From assembly GCA_963729045.1 (NCBI GenBank), contig CAVSMN010000007.1, positions 1 through 64,000 on the forward strand: 64,000 bases of DNA, written 5' to 3'. Origin of the DNA: an uncultured Nitrososphaeraceae archaeon (GTDB taxonomy: Archaea; Thermoproteota; Nitrososphaeria; Nitrososphaerales; Nitrososphaeraceae). A program made the position numbers and the translations under genes. The notes under the pieces were generated by a model. It ran no database searches, was not told the DNA's origin, and saw only the letters and a list, made by a program, of their open reading frames with translations. Shown here piece by piece: positions 10,551-21,260 of this stretch (position 1 is the stretch's first letter; the number at the start of each line of letters is the position of its first letter).

Positions 10551-11420
10551 CTGATTCCAAACATCAGTATTTTACAACAAAAAAAGAAAGAAAGTGAAAA
10601 GATCACAGTTGTAACTGCTTATGACTACACCACTTCAAGGATATGTGATGAATCCGGAGTTGATATATTACTTGTTGGTGACAGTGCAGGTATGGTTATG
10701 CTTGGATACTCAAGTACCATACCTGTTACTATGGAAGAAATGATGGTCTATTGCAGAGGTGTTATTAATGGATCAAACAATACTGTAATCATTGCTGATA
10801 TGCCCTTTGGGTCGTACCAATTTGATCAGTCATTGGCTTTTTTAAATGCCACAAAATTTATTAAATTAGGTTGTCACGGTGTAAAAATTGAAGGTGGTGT
10901 CGAAGTTGTTCCTATTATAAAGAAACTTACGGAATATGGAATCCCAGTTATGGGGCATATTGGATTAAAGCCTCAGACCTCATTACTATGGGAGGGTTAC
11001 AAGGTGCAAGGGAGGACCGCTAATGCTGCAATCTCATTGCATCAACAGGCAATAGAATTAGAAAAAGCTGGAGCTTTTAGTTTAGTACGAGAATTAGTGA
11101 CCAGTCAAGTGGCTGAACAAATTTCCAGATCACTAACTATTCCAACGATTGGGATAGGTTCAGGTAGCGGGTGTGATGGCCAAGTTTTAGTATTTCAAGA
11201 TCTAGTTGGATCCTATAATAACTTTAAACCAAAATTTGTAAAGCGATACTTGGAATCTTTTCCTTTAATATTAGGTGCGATGAAAAATTATGTTTCAGAC
11301 GTAAAAAATGGTAAATTTCCAGACGCTGATCATTCATTTTTTATTGCAGAAGAGGAGTTATTGAGATTCAATAAATATCTTAATACAAAAGCGAATATTC
11401 GCAGGTTGAATCTGGAATAA
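10551..11420 (+). CDS. panB: 3-methyl-2-oxobutanoate hydroxymethyltransferase
   Basis: The frame extends upstream of 10692 through KITVVTAYDY...DILLVGDSAG; ADMPFGSY, VKIEGG and GHIGLKPQ present; start codon uncertain. Confidence 0.93.
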   Translation: MIPNISILQQKKKESEKITVVTAYDYTTSRICDESGVDILLVGDSAGMVMLGYSSTIPVTMEEMMVYCRGVINGSNNTVIIADMPFGSYQFDQSLAFLNATKFIKLGCHGVKIEGGVEVVPIIKKLTEYGIPVMGHIGLKPQTSLLWEGYKVQGRTANAAISLHQQAIELEKAGAFSLVRELVTSQVAEQISRSLTIPTIGIGSGSGCDGQVLVFQDLVGSYNNFKPKFVKRYLESFPLILGAMKNYVSDVKNGKFPDADHSFFIAEEELLRFNKYLNTKANIRRLNLE

Positions 11421-11436
11421 ATCGGATCGAATTGAA

Positions 11437-12885
11437 ATGGTAGAAGATAAATCCCTCATTAGAAGATCCGTTGATAGTAACAACGATGATAAATTTGATG
11501 TACACCCGTCAAAGGATATTAAATGCACTTTGGGAAATGAATTATTTGGAAAAAGAATTGTAATTTGTGTCACCGCTAGTGTAGCTTGTTACAAGGCGAT
11601 TGACTTGATCAGATTATTGATGAGACATGGCGCTGAAGTATTTGTGGTAATCTCAAAGACGGTTGAAAAATTTATGAATAAAGATTATTTTTTGTGGGCC
11701 AGTGGGAATCCGGTTATATCAGAACTTTCTGGAAATTTGGAACATGTAAGAATAGCTAATTTTAAAACATCTGACCTGATAATAGTATATCCATGCACAG
11801 CTAATACCATAGGCAAATTTGCAAATGGAATTGATGATACACCCGTAACTTCAGTTTTATCGATAGGGCTAGGAGCAAGAGTACCTATAATAATTGCTCC
11901 TGCGATGCATGATGCTATGTACCAAAACACGATAATCAAACAAAATATACAAGATTTAGAAAAAATTGGAATAGTGTTTGTAAATCCGATCCTTGAAGAA
12001 GACAAGGCCAAGGCTGCAACCGTTGAATCCGTGTTATTACAAAGTGTTGATCTTGTCAAAAATCAAACTTCAAATTCTGGGAAGAATAATTCAATCCCAA
12101 ACGATCATTTAGATTGGTTTTTCTGTAAATGTTCGATTAATGATTCGATTCAATTAGGTAATGAACAAATGCGATCATTTATGAAAAATAGAAAGATTTT
12201 GATATCTACGGGCAGTACCGTTGAGCACATAGATCCAATTCGGGTCATTTCTAATACCAGTTCCGGTAAAATGGGTTATTTCCTGTTAAAGAAGGCTATT
12301 GATTTGGGATTAGATGTTACTCTTGTTAAAGGATCGACAATGATCGATTTAGAATATACTAAATTGAAGGACCAGTTTGATTTTAAGATGGTTGAAGTTA
12401 GAACAAGTCAACAAATGCTGGGTAGTGTAATGGGGGAGTTATCTTCAAGACCTTATGACATAATCATACTTGCTGCAGCAGTTTCTGATTTTAGACCCGA
12501 ATTTTCTTCGAGTGATAAAATCACAACCGACCGCGATTCTTTTGTCATTAAACTTGTGCCAACTAGCAAAATAGTCAATCAAGTCAAAAACATCCAAAGA
12601 AAGACATTCTTAGTTGCTTTTAAAGCTGAATATCACGTTTCAGACCGAATTCTAATGGAAAGATCATATCGGAAACTACTGGATTCTGATGCCGATATGG
12701 TTGTTGCCAATGACGTAGGCACTGAAGGAGCACTTGTTGGCTCAGATTCCAATAAGATCATGATTGTAGATAAATTCAAGAATTATTATGATTTTCCCCT
12801 TCAAAATAAAGAATCTGTTGCAGAAAACATTCTAAAATTGATATACGTAAATTTATCTGGTAGGCAACGAAATGATGAATCCTAG
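11437..12885 (+). CDS. coaBC: Bifunctional phosphopantothenoylcysteine decarboxylase/synthase
   Basis: PCTANTIGK, APAMHDAMY, EHIDPIRVISNTSSGKMG and AAAVSDF motifs. Confidence 0.95.
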   Translation: MVEDKSLIRRSVDSNNDDKFDVHPSKDIKCTLGNELFGKRIVICVTASVACYKAIDLIRLLMRHGAEVFVVISKTVEKFMNKDYFLWASGNPVISELSGNLEHVRIANFKTSDLIIVYPCTANTIGKFANGIDDTPVTSVLSIGLGARVPIIIAPAMHDAMYQNTIIKQNIQDLEKIGIVFVNPILEEDKAKAATVESVLLQSVDLVKNQTSNSGKNNSIPNDHLDWFFCKCSINDSIQLGNEQMRSFMKNRKILISTGSTVEHIDPIRVISNTSSGKMGYFLLKKAIDLGLDVTLVKGSTMIDLEYTKLKDQFDFKMVEVRTSQQMLGSVMGELSSRPYDIIILAAAVSDFRPEFSSSDKITTDRDSFVIKLVPTSKIVNQVKNIQRKTFLVAFKAEYHVSDRILMERSYRKLLDSDADMVVANDVGTEGALVGSDSNKIMIVDKFKNYYDFPLQNKESVAENILKLIYVNLSGRQRNDES

Positions 12886-12998
12886 GTTAGAGTCTAATAC
12901 CAAATAAATACGGCCTAATAATATCCATATATTTATGATTAATCCCTCTGTTTTATACAAATAAAATTATATAAAGAGGTCAAAAGTAACACAATCAT

Positions 12999-13853
12999 TT
13001 GTCATTAAGTAAGTTATTGAGTCGTCAGAATGATATTTTAGTTATGCCCGGTGTATACGATGCTTTGACCGCCAAGATTGCTGAACAAGTAGGTTTTGAG
13101 GCTATTTTTCAAACTGGATACGGAACATCGGCGTCATTGTTAGCATTGCCAGATTTTGGATTCTTAAGCATTACAGAAACTGTTGAAAATGCACGGAGGA
13201 TAACTCGAGCAGTTGATATACCATTAATTGTAGATGTGGATACTGGATACGGTAACCCTTTGACTGTATCTAAATTAGTAAATGATTTACAAAGAATAGG
13301 AGCATCGGGGATCTTTCTTGAAGATCAAGTTTGGCCAAAAAGGTGTGGTCATATGATGGGTAAGGAAGTTATCGATTCTCAAGAATACATTCAAAAACTA
13401 AGATCTGCTATTGATGCTAAGAAAAAAGGCTCAGATTTCACAATCGTGGCCAGAACTGATGCTATGGCTCCACTGGGCATTGAAGAGGCTATAAAAAGGG
13501 GAAAGTTATATAGAGAAATTGGTGCTGACATTGTTTTTGTGGAGGCCCCGCGTTCTGTCGAAGATATGAAAAAAATTGCCGATCAAATTGATGCCCCATT
13601 AGTAGCTAACATGATAGAGGAAGGTATAACACCTAATTTGACCTCGACTGAACTTTTAGAGATGGGTTACAAAATTGCCCTCTTCCCGCTTTCTGGATTA
13701 TATTCCTCCGCCTTTGCGTTATTTGAAACGTTTAAAACTTTGAAAGAGACAGGTACTACGAAGACGCTAAAAGATAAAATGATGAAGTTTAAGGAATTTA
13801 ATAAACTAGTTAGCCTGGATAAATACATGACCATGGAAAACAAATATGTTTGA
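12999..13853 (+). CDS. Isocitrate lyase/PEP mutase family enzyme (2-methylisocitrate lyase-like)
   Basis: DVDTGYG, LEDQVWPKRCGH and ARTDA motifs. Confidence 0.88.
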   Translation: MSLSKLLSRQNDILVMPGVYDALTAKIAEQVGFEAIFQTGYGTSASLLALPDFGFLSITETVENARRITRAVDIPLIVDVDTGYGNPLTVSKLVNDLQRIGASGIFLEDQVWPKRCGHMMGKEVIDSQEYIQKLRSAIDAKKKGSDFTIVARTDAMAPLGIEEAIKRGKLYREIGADIVFVEAPRSVEDMKKIADQIDAPLVANMIEEGITPNLTSTELLEMGYKIALFPLSGLYSSAFALFETFKTLKETGTTKTLKDKMMKFKEFNKLVSLDKYMTMENKYV

Positions 13854-13884
13854 TTCTATGTCAATAACCTAAACTTGACTATTT

Positions 13885-15441
13885 TTGAATGCATATACTG
13901 TTTTTGCTATTCTAATAGTTTTTGGCATTGGCTGTTTAATTGGGATCATTCCAATAATCCAAAACTTTCCATTTCCTGTAGGCTACGATTCTATAAATTA
14001 CTATCTACCTGCTCTCTATGATCTGAATTCTAACCCGGTAATTGGGGGAACATTATTTCCAGTTTATGTATTTTTGGTATATTCCTTTCATTTGATCTCT
14101 TTCTCCGATCTATATCTTGCCTTTAACGTTGTAAACATTGTATTATATGGATCTCTTAGCGTTACCACGTTCCTTTTGGTTAGTGGTGTACTTAGACAAT
14201 CAGTTAGTAAAAGTATATTGTTTGCCATTTTTGTTATATTCCAGCTAAGTGTCCTTAGAATGGCATGGGATCTACATAGAGATATTTTGGCACTTGTTTG
14301 TCTTAACCTTAGTTTAGTTACTATAAATCATTTGAAGTCGAATAATTTCAATAGATGTGTACTCTTACAATACGTTACTGTTAGTGTTCTTTATCTGGTT
14401 ACATTATTTTCTGATAGAATGATGGGAGTTTTATTAATCATATCATCAATCTTCTTTTCTATTAGATACAAACTCCTTCTTCTAGGTACTATTAATTTAT
14501 TATTACTAACATTATTTCTAACTTACTTCTTTCTGTTAGATGATATAACTTTTGTTTCTATTGGGTTGAATCCAGTAGATACATTAGTGAATCCTGCATA
14601 TAACAAAAATAGTCTTTCTCCTTACGATTTACTTGTATTGCAACTTTCACTATATGGGATCCTCATTCCATTTTTTATAGTAGGTTTTCTTAAAAAGTCA
14701 AATTCGTTAATCCTCAAGATTCCCACTCTAGTGACAATTTTACTATCATTTTGTTGGCTCCTCATCCCTAATCATAGTTATTTGGTACCGGAGCGTTGGA
14801 TTATTCTTTCAGGATTTTTTATTTCCATCTTCGGACTATATGGGTTCTTCTTTATCGCTGATAGATTTCTAAATTCAAAACTTAGAAATCTAGTTTCGGT
14901 CTTATTTGTTTCTTCTTTTATTACTTATGGAATTTTATTTATAGTTCTCCCTTATGGAATTGTTTTTACCATCCCTTCTATATTTCAAACCCAAACTGGA
15001 TTAACAATCCCGCTGTCAATGTCTTTTAATTCACTAGAGATATCCAAGAATCAAGACTTGGTGAATTCTATCGATTGGATTAATACCAATACTAAGAATA
15101 ATTCAGAAATTATTGGAACACTGCACTGGCGAGGGTGGTTTCATTTATTTTTAGAAAAACCCCGTCAGTATATTTTTTCTGAGACTGTATCTTTACCGAG
15201 TAATTATTACACAAATGAGAAAAATGGAACTGCCTTGTACGATAACCTGAAAAGCAAAATTGATTTTCAGTGTGTTAAAGTGGGGGAATACACAAACACT
15301 AGTTCCGTTTCTGGAAATGAAAGAAATATTTACTTGATCGATTCCAAATCAGGTTACAATGATAATTATTCATCTTATCCGGTAGTTCATGATTCAAAAT
15401 ATATTAATATTTATGAAATTACTGATTCAATTTGTGGTTGA
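13885..15441 (+). CDS. Polytopic membrane protein, probable GT-C-fold glycosyltransferase
   Basis: About 11-13 hydrophobic segments, acidic first loop PVGYDSINYY, WDLHRD loop and a soluble C-terminal domain. Confidence 0.6.
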   Translation: MNAYTVFAILIVFGIGCLIGIIPIIQNFPFPVGYDSINYYLPALYDLNSNPVIGGTLFPVYVFLVYSFHLISFSDLYLAFNVVNIVLYGSLSVTTFLLVSGVLRQSVSKSILFAIFVIFQLSVLRMAWDLHRDILALVCLNLSLVTINHLKSNNFNRCVLLQYVTVSVLYLVTLFSDRMMGVLLIISSIFFSIRYKLLLLGTINLLLLTLFLTYFFLLDDITFVSIGLNPVDTLVNPAYNKNSLSPYDLLVLQLSLYGILIPFFIVGFLKKSNSLILKIPTLVTILLSFCWLLIPNHSYLVPERWIILSGFFISIFGLYGFFFIADRFLNSKLRNLVSVLFVSSFITYGILFIVLPYGIVFTIPSIFQTQTGLTIPLSMSFNSLEISKNQDLVNSIDWINTNTKNNSEIIGTLHWRGWFHLFLEKPRQYIFSETVSLPSNYYTNEKNGTALYDNLKSKIDFQCVKVGEYTNTSSVSGNERNIYLIDSKSGYNDNYSSYPVVHDSKYINIYEITDSICG

Positions 15442-15454
15442 TCTATGCTTAATT

Positions 15455-16291
15455 CTATCCTGGCTTTATTAATGACTTAATTTTTTCTATCTGGGTCTTT
15501 CTGGTAAATTTTCTAATATCATCCGGATACATGCTATCATATCCCTCAAGTTTCGGTTTATAAGATATATAATGATATAACATATACAAGGCTCCAATCC
15601 TTCCAATAGGCTTACTGGTACCAAAATATAGGAAAAATCTCCCAAATGCAAATAATGGATGATAACCCAGGGTTCTCATACTAGCGCCGAATTCATAGAA
15701 ATGGTGATTTTGCCCAAGGGGTCGAGTGTGCTCAAATTTTGCCTCTTTTAGGATGGTCTCTTTATACCCATTTTTTCTCGATGCAATCAAAATAGCGGAT
15801 TCATATCCCATTTTCTCAGGGTATTGAACGTATTCTTTATAAAAGAAGGAATTTCTGACAAATCTACCTGCTCCACGAGGAGTCTTATAACTACCATCAT
15901 CAAGATTCCCAGATACGACCGCATAATCTATCTTGTTATCCATAAATGCAATTATTTTTTCAGCATAATCTTCGTCATAGATAGTATCATCTGTGGCTAT
16001 CATGTGGTAATCTGTTTCCTCCAACTTTTTTTCAGCCTTCAGAGCCAAGGCTTTGTTCCAGTTTTTGACAATTCTAGAAATATCATAACCCAAATCAGGA
16101 TTAGAGATGATATATAAATTATCGATTTTATTAGATATTTTTTTTAAAATTTTTCCAGTATTATCTTTAGAGCCGTCATCTATTACAATTATATAGGATG
16201 GTTGAATTGTTTGGTTAGATAGCGACATTATGGCCCTTTCAATATCGTTTTCGGAATTTCTACATGTTACAATTGTAAAATAAGTTCCCAT
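15455..16291 (-). CDS. GT2-family glycosyltransferase
   Basis: IVIDDGSKDNT and a TDD acidic motif. Confidence 0.9.
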   Translation of the reverse strand: MGTYFTIVTCRNSENDIERAIMSLSNQTIQPSYIIVIDDGSKDNTGKILKKISNKIDNLYIISNPDLGYDISRIVKNWNKALALKAEKKLEETDYHMIATDDTIYDEDYAEKIIAFMDNKIDYAVVSGNLDDGSYKTPRGAGRFVRNSFFYKEYVQYPEKMGYESAILIASRKNGYKETILKEAKFEHTRPLGQNHHFYEFGASMRTLGYHPLFAFGRFFLYFGTSKPIGRIGALYMLYHYISYKPKLEGYDSMYPDDIRKFTRKTQIEKIKSLIKPG

Positions 16292-16730
16292 GGCTACTGT
16301 TATCTAAATATTATATTAAACTCATATACATATATAATTTTTAGATTATGTGGTCAAATAAGAATTGTGATGACTTTTCTTGGAGGTTTATGCAATATGC
16401 ATTCTTGAATAATCTCAATATATTTAATACCCTGATTAAGGGTTGGTCAGGTTGATTTAGTATTATTATTCTAAAAATGACACTCGGTGCTATGTCCATG
16501 ATGCCAGATATCTCAAAAAAATCACAAAAAATACTTCGGATATGAGAAAATATTAAAGAAGTTTATTATAAAGATAGTTTTAATCCTATAATGATTATGC
16601 TAATTTTTTATAAAATTCTTGTTTTAATACTTAGAGGAGGGAGGACAGCTAACTCTTTATATTTAATCCCTATAAGATATCAATTAGCACATGGTTTATA
16701 ATTTCATGCATTTATCTTATTCTTATTAGA

Positions 16731-17666
16731 ATGCGTATTCTCCACATAGAAGATGCTGCCGCTGTGGCATGTATACTGGCTAAATATCAAAATTTAACAC
16801 ATGAGTGTAAATCTAAAGTTGTTAAGCTCGATAAATATGATAAATTTGGATTTTACAAGTTTTACAAAGACTACGTAAATATCACAACATCGGAAGAATT
16901 ATTTTTCAATTCCATTCTTGAAGAATCAAAAAAAGCTGATATTATTCATGTGCATAGCAAAGTAGAATTGGTTCCATATCTTCGTAATAAATATGGGAAA
17001 TCAAAAAAAATAGTTTTGCACTATCATGGGACTGATATAAGGGGATTAAAAAACCAAAAACTTCCCCACCGTTCAAGAATTTCTGATGCTGCGATCCGAC
17101 TGATATATCTATATAGACGCACAAGGAATGCTGTTTTACTAAAAAAAAGAATACATTCAAAGGTTCAATCTTTGTCAGATTTGATAATCGTCTCAACTCC
17201 CGATTTACTTCAGTATGTCTCAGCAAAAGGAGGAATAAAAAAAATATACCTTCCAAATCCCGTAGATTCTGATCTTTTTAATCCAGACATTATTCCTTCT
17301 GACTATTCTAGTGACAGTCCACCAGCGGAAGCCGTTACGATGGATACCGAAGTGACTAACATGTCGTGGGTGCATAATTATTTAAAAACAAATAATATTA
17401 ATTTTGACATTGATGTATATGATCGAATTAAACATCCTTTGATGTACTCCGAATTACCTAGATTTTTGAAGCGCTACAAGATATATGTGGATATTAGGTA
17501 TGTTGACGGAAAAATCTTACCTAATTTAAGTAAGACTGGGTTAGAGGCATTGGCCTGTGGCCTAGATGTATTGGATTTTGACCTTAGATTTAGACACGGT
17601 CTACCCATAGAACATTGTCCATTAGCGGCTGTCTCTAAACTTTCTGAAGAATATGCTCAACTTTGA
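16731..17666 (+). CDS. GT4-like (GT-B) glycosyltransferase
   Basis: MRILHI, DIIHVH, HYHG, LPNPVD and LEALACG motifs. Confidence 0.75.
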   Translation: MRILHIEDAAAVACILAKYQNLTHECKSKVVKLDKYDKFGFYKFYKDYVNITTSEELFFNSILEESKKADIIHVHSKVELVPYLRNKYGKSKKIVLHYHGTDIRGLKNQKLPHRSRISDAAIRLIYLYRRTRNAVLLKKRIHSKVQSLSDLIIVSTPDLLQYVSAKGGIKKIYLPNPVDSDLFNPDIIPSDYSSDSPPAEAVTMDTEVTNMSWVHNYLKTNNINFDIDVYDRIKHPLMYSELPRFLKRYKIYVDIRYVDGKILPNLSKTGLEALACGLDVLDFDLRFRHGLPIEHCPLAAVSKLSEEYAQL

Positions 17667-17910
17667 ATTAATGAATAATATTGTCCTCTATATTTTCACA
17701 AATTTGATAAATCGCAAAACAATTTTATATCATTGGTCATAGTTTCAATAGTATCTTGTAAAGCTGGATTGTCAAGACCAATCTGGACTGTTTCTAACAA
17801 AAAGTGAGAATTGAGTTTATTACTATTCATTATATGTGTTTTCCATAATTTACGATGATTTTGATGTATGAGAATATTTATTTATGCTATCCCATCCACA
17901 ATATTTCTAG

Positions 17911-19062
17911 TTGAGGATCTTGCATTTATCTACTGAGGGGCTCCCAGACTGGAGAATCGAAAAATCTGCGATTACCGCAAAAAGTCAGGGACATGATGTA
18001 TTATTTGCAGGATCTAAAAGTCCGTTTAATTACAATAGAAAGACATTTTCTAAAGTCTATGAAATCACCTGGTCAGCAAAAGCTAGATATGGATTGCCGT
18101 ATTACTGGAGTTTGGTTCAAAAACAACTATCGAAGATTATTAAAGAGGCACGTCCCGAGATGGTCCATGCTCATAATATTTTTTCTGCTAAGATGATGCT
18201 TGAATTTGATTTACCGTTTATTTACGACGATCACGAGTATTGGTCTAGACATTCTCGGTTACTCTTAGAAATGGAAAAATTAAATGAGGATAAATCTGAA
18301 AACGCAAACGCAGGTAAAAAAATTAGGAATATGCCAAAAAAAGTAAAAAGAATTCTGATAAATAGGCATGTCAATCATCTCTGGACCAAATGGGAGGAGG
18401 AATTAGTTTCATCCATTCCTACAATAACTGTGTCAAATGAAATTGCAGATGATTTACGTGTGATTGGTAATAGTGATAAAATATTTGTTGTCCCTAATTT
18501 CCCAATGAAATTTGAAACTGATGGATTTAAAAGACCGCGGCCGCATGAGCGGTTGTCCAGCTTGTATGCGGGATCAGATGGACACAATAAAAAAAAATAT
18601 CCTAGCCGAAATATAGACGGTTTATTGGATATATTTGCTAGTCGAGATATTGGTGAGCTAACTATTGTAGGATGGAGCGGGGAATCATCTAAAAATGTAA
18701 GATATACCGGGTTCCTGGACAGAGGCGACATGTATGATGAGATGACAAACCACTCCATAGGTTTAGTACCATTTAAGAAACATTGGTCACATGGATATAT
18801 TAATCCTAACAAAGCGTATGAATATGCTCATACAGGGTTATTTGTAATGTTTACAAACTCATTTATGCCCTTAAGAGATGTTTTGAAAGAACACTGTATG
18901 ACATTTGAAGATTATGATGATATGGTTTTAAAGTTATCATATTTTAAGCACAACCTGGATGAACTATATGAAAGGAGATTAAAATTATTCGATTTTGCTC
19001 GTAATAATCTCAATTGGGAACAAAATGCAGGAAAAATATTCGATGCATATCGAGCTTGTTAA
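17911..19062 (+). CDS. GT4-family glycosyltransferase
   Basis: VHAHN, IYDDHE, VVPNFP and PNKAYEY motifs. Confidence 0.85.
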   Translation: MRILHLSTEGLPDWRIEKSAITAKSQGHDVLFAGSKSPFNYNRKTFSKVYEITWSAKARYGLPYYWSLVQKQLSKIIKEARPEMVHAHNIFSAKMMLEFDLPFIYDDHEYWSRHSRLLLEMEKLNEDKSENANAGKKIRNMPKKVKRILINRHVNHLWTKWEEELVSSIPTITVSNEIADDLRVIGNSDKIFVVPNFPMKFETDGFKRPRPHERLSSLYAGSDGHNKKKYPSRNIDGLLDIFASRDIGELTIVGWSGESSKNVRYTGFLDRGDMYDEMTNHSIGLVPFKKHWSHGYINPNKAYEYAHTGLFVMFTNSFMPLRDVLKEHCMTFEDYDDMVLKLSYFKHNLDELYERRLKLFDFARNNLNWEQNAGKIFDAYRAC

Positions 19063-19152
19063 TTTTAACATTTTACATTTAATGATTAATCTTATTTTGA
19101 ACATTCCTTCTAAAATAAAAAAAATTATATCTTGGAGGTGAAGTAGGAAGTC

Positions 19153-19776
19153 ATGTCGTACATCCCTGGAGAGTACTGGGCAGAACGAGGAAAAGACTAT
19201 AAAAAGAATTTCAAATATTCTGACAAATTTGAATTACAGGAGCAGATGTTAATTGAATATCTAAAAAAGTATTCATTCTCTAGTATTTTAGAAGTTGGTT
19301 GTGGCTTCGGAAGAATAACAAAACTATTACTTTCTAATTTTCCTGAAATCACAGATTATTATGCATTTGATCTCTCGTCACATCAAATCGAAAATGCCAA
19401 AATTAATATCACAGGTATGCCAAAAAGCGAATCCGTTCAGTTTGCTGTATCCGATATACAATCATTTCAGGCACCTAAGAAGTATGACCTAGTCATCGCA
19501 TCAGAGGTATTACTCCACATACTGCCTTCAGAGATTGAGCAAGTAATTGGAAAGTTAGTGAGTTTATCAAATAAATATATGTGTAATATTGATTGGTATG
19601 AAGAGAAAACCCCAAGGAATGCAGCACCACACAACTTCATTCATCAATATGAAAAAATTTACAAAAGTCTATCTTCTATAGAATCAGTGCACCGAATACC
19701 TATAGTAAAGAAAAAAGGATTTTTTTCCAAGATCGATACAAAGCAGTCTATTTTTTTCTCTATATTAAGAGCTTGA
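19153..19776 (+). CDS. Class I SAM-dependent methyltransferase
   Basis: ILEVGCGFGR and YDLVIASEVLLHI motifs. Confidence 0.9.
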   Translation: MSYIPGEYWAERGKDYKKNFKYSDKFELQEQMLIEYLKKYSFSSILEVGCGFGRITKLLLSNFPEITDYYAFDLSSHQIENAKINITGMPKSESVQFAVSDIQSFQAPKKYDLVIASEVLLHILPSEIEQVIGKLVSLSNKYMCNIDWYEEKTPRNAAPHNFIHQYEKIYKSLSSIESVHRIPIVKKKGFFSKIDTKQSIFFSILRA

Positions 19777-19859
19777 CTGAACATCACAAATAATTATTAT
19801 ATAGCTTGTCAATCTACAGAAGCAGGATTTTTTATAACATTCTATTAATTAAGTATTGT

Positions 19860-20768
19860 TTAGAAATCATAACACTCTTTTACCATTTTAGAAATATTCT
19901 CTATAGAATGATTTTTTCTGACATAATTATATCCAACCTTGCCTAATCTATCACTCTCCTCTTCATTTTCAATTAAACTTATTAGATCCTTTTTGAATGT
20001 ATTTTTGGTAGTCCTATAAATTGGTGGCTTATATTTATCATATAAATAATCAGATACATAAGCTATAACTGGTTTGTTTAAAGCCATACCTTCAAGTTCA
20101 AATTTTCCATACCAACCTATTTCAGGCATTATCTTTCCGATAACAATATCTGAAGAAGATATCATTTGTAACGTTTGAGAGTGAGAAACATTCAAAATTT
20201 CTATTATTTCACATTTATTTTCTCTTTTTAATTCGTTTAATACCTGAGAATAATAGTCACTGGGTGAGGTTGAATAATTCTTATAATAAGGGTAATGTGC
20301 TATCCGTTTTATTTTCTTATTTGCTGTATCACCAATTTGAAAGTTATTTTTGAAAGAGATGATTTTCTCGATTTCATTGTAATCAATGGGACTTGGTAAC
20401 CATTTCCCGTTAGGAGCATATTCTAAAAGATCAGGCGTAGAAACCAAACAAAAATCATTATCATTCTTTCCTCTGATGTCGTTCCCATGATAATGCTTTA
20501 GATATATTTTATCATGGTTTCTTTTCTCTAGACTTCTCTTTAAGGTTCCGTATGGATAATGATAATGCCATATGTCGTATTCTTTCTTTAGTTTGCTAAG
20601 TAATCTCCATCTAGATATTGGTGATCGATAGTTAACCAGAGTACCACCAAATTGATTGTAAATTTTTTTATTGAAAACATACACATCCACTTCGTATCCT
20701 TGCTTCCTCTGATAATCTGCAATTACAGATGCTATTCCTGATATATTGTTAATATGTGCTATTTTCAT
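19860..20768 (-). CDS. GT4-like (GT-B) glycosyltransferase
   Basis: MKIAHI, DIWHYH, HYHG and LEGMALNKPVI motifs. Confidence 0.8.
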   Translation of the reverse strand: MKIAHINNISGIASVIADYQRKQGYEVDVYVFNKKIYNQFGGTLVNYRSPISRWRLLSKLKKEYDIWHYHYPYGTLKRSLEKRNHDKIYLKHYHGNDIRGKNDNDFCLVSTPDLLEYAPNGKWLPSPIDYNEIEKIISFKNNFQIGDTANKKIKRIAHYPYYKNYSTSPSDYYSQVLNELKRENKCEIIEILNVSHSQTLQMISSSDIVIGKIMPEIGWYGKFELEGMALNKPVIAYVSDYLYDKYKPPIYRTTKNTFKKDLISLIENEEESDRLGKVGYNYVRKNHSIENISKMVKECYDF

Positions 20769-21260
20769 TATAGAAAATATATTTAGTTCTTATGAATACA
20801 TATTAATTTTGTCATTAGGAGTAAAACGGATAGGGGTCAGTATACAGATTCGTACTTTAATTGTCCATATGAAATAAAGTTGTGAATCATTTGGATATAT
20901 CTATTCATATAATATGTCCTATGAGCAAAAATATTTTTGTCTAATATACGATGGGTATTTTTTTGAGATTTGAATTGAAAATAGATAGCGATCGATACTA
21001 AAGCCATTGTTAACCTTGTTTTTTTAGGATCATGTTGTTATCCATTCATAGCGGGTATATTTGAAGCAAAATCACTTCGTGTTATCCTATCTACATCTAG
21101 TAGGAATTTGGAAATACACATAACTAATGAATCAAGGCAGTAGTATGTATTTTTTATCTATGTGTATTGTTTTGAAAATTTTATTAATACTACTACATGA
21201 ATCAATTTATGTACCCGATTCATTAAATTTATTATATTAATCAGAACATAGAGCTAATAT

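Noticed and set aside
12999..13853. PEP mutase implying a phosphonate-decorated glycan
   Set aside because: It has the lyase motif EDQxxPKRCGH rather than the PepM EDKxxxxxNS motif, and no phosphonopyruvate decarboxylase is nearby.
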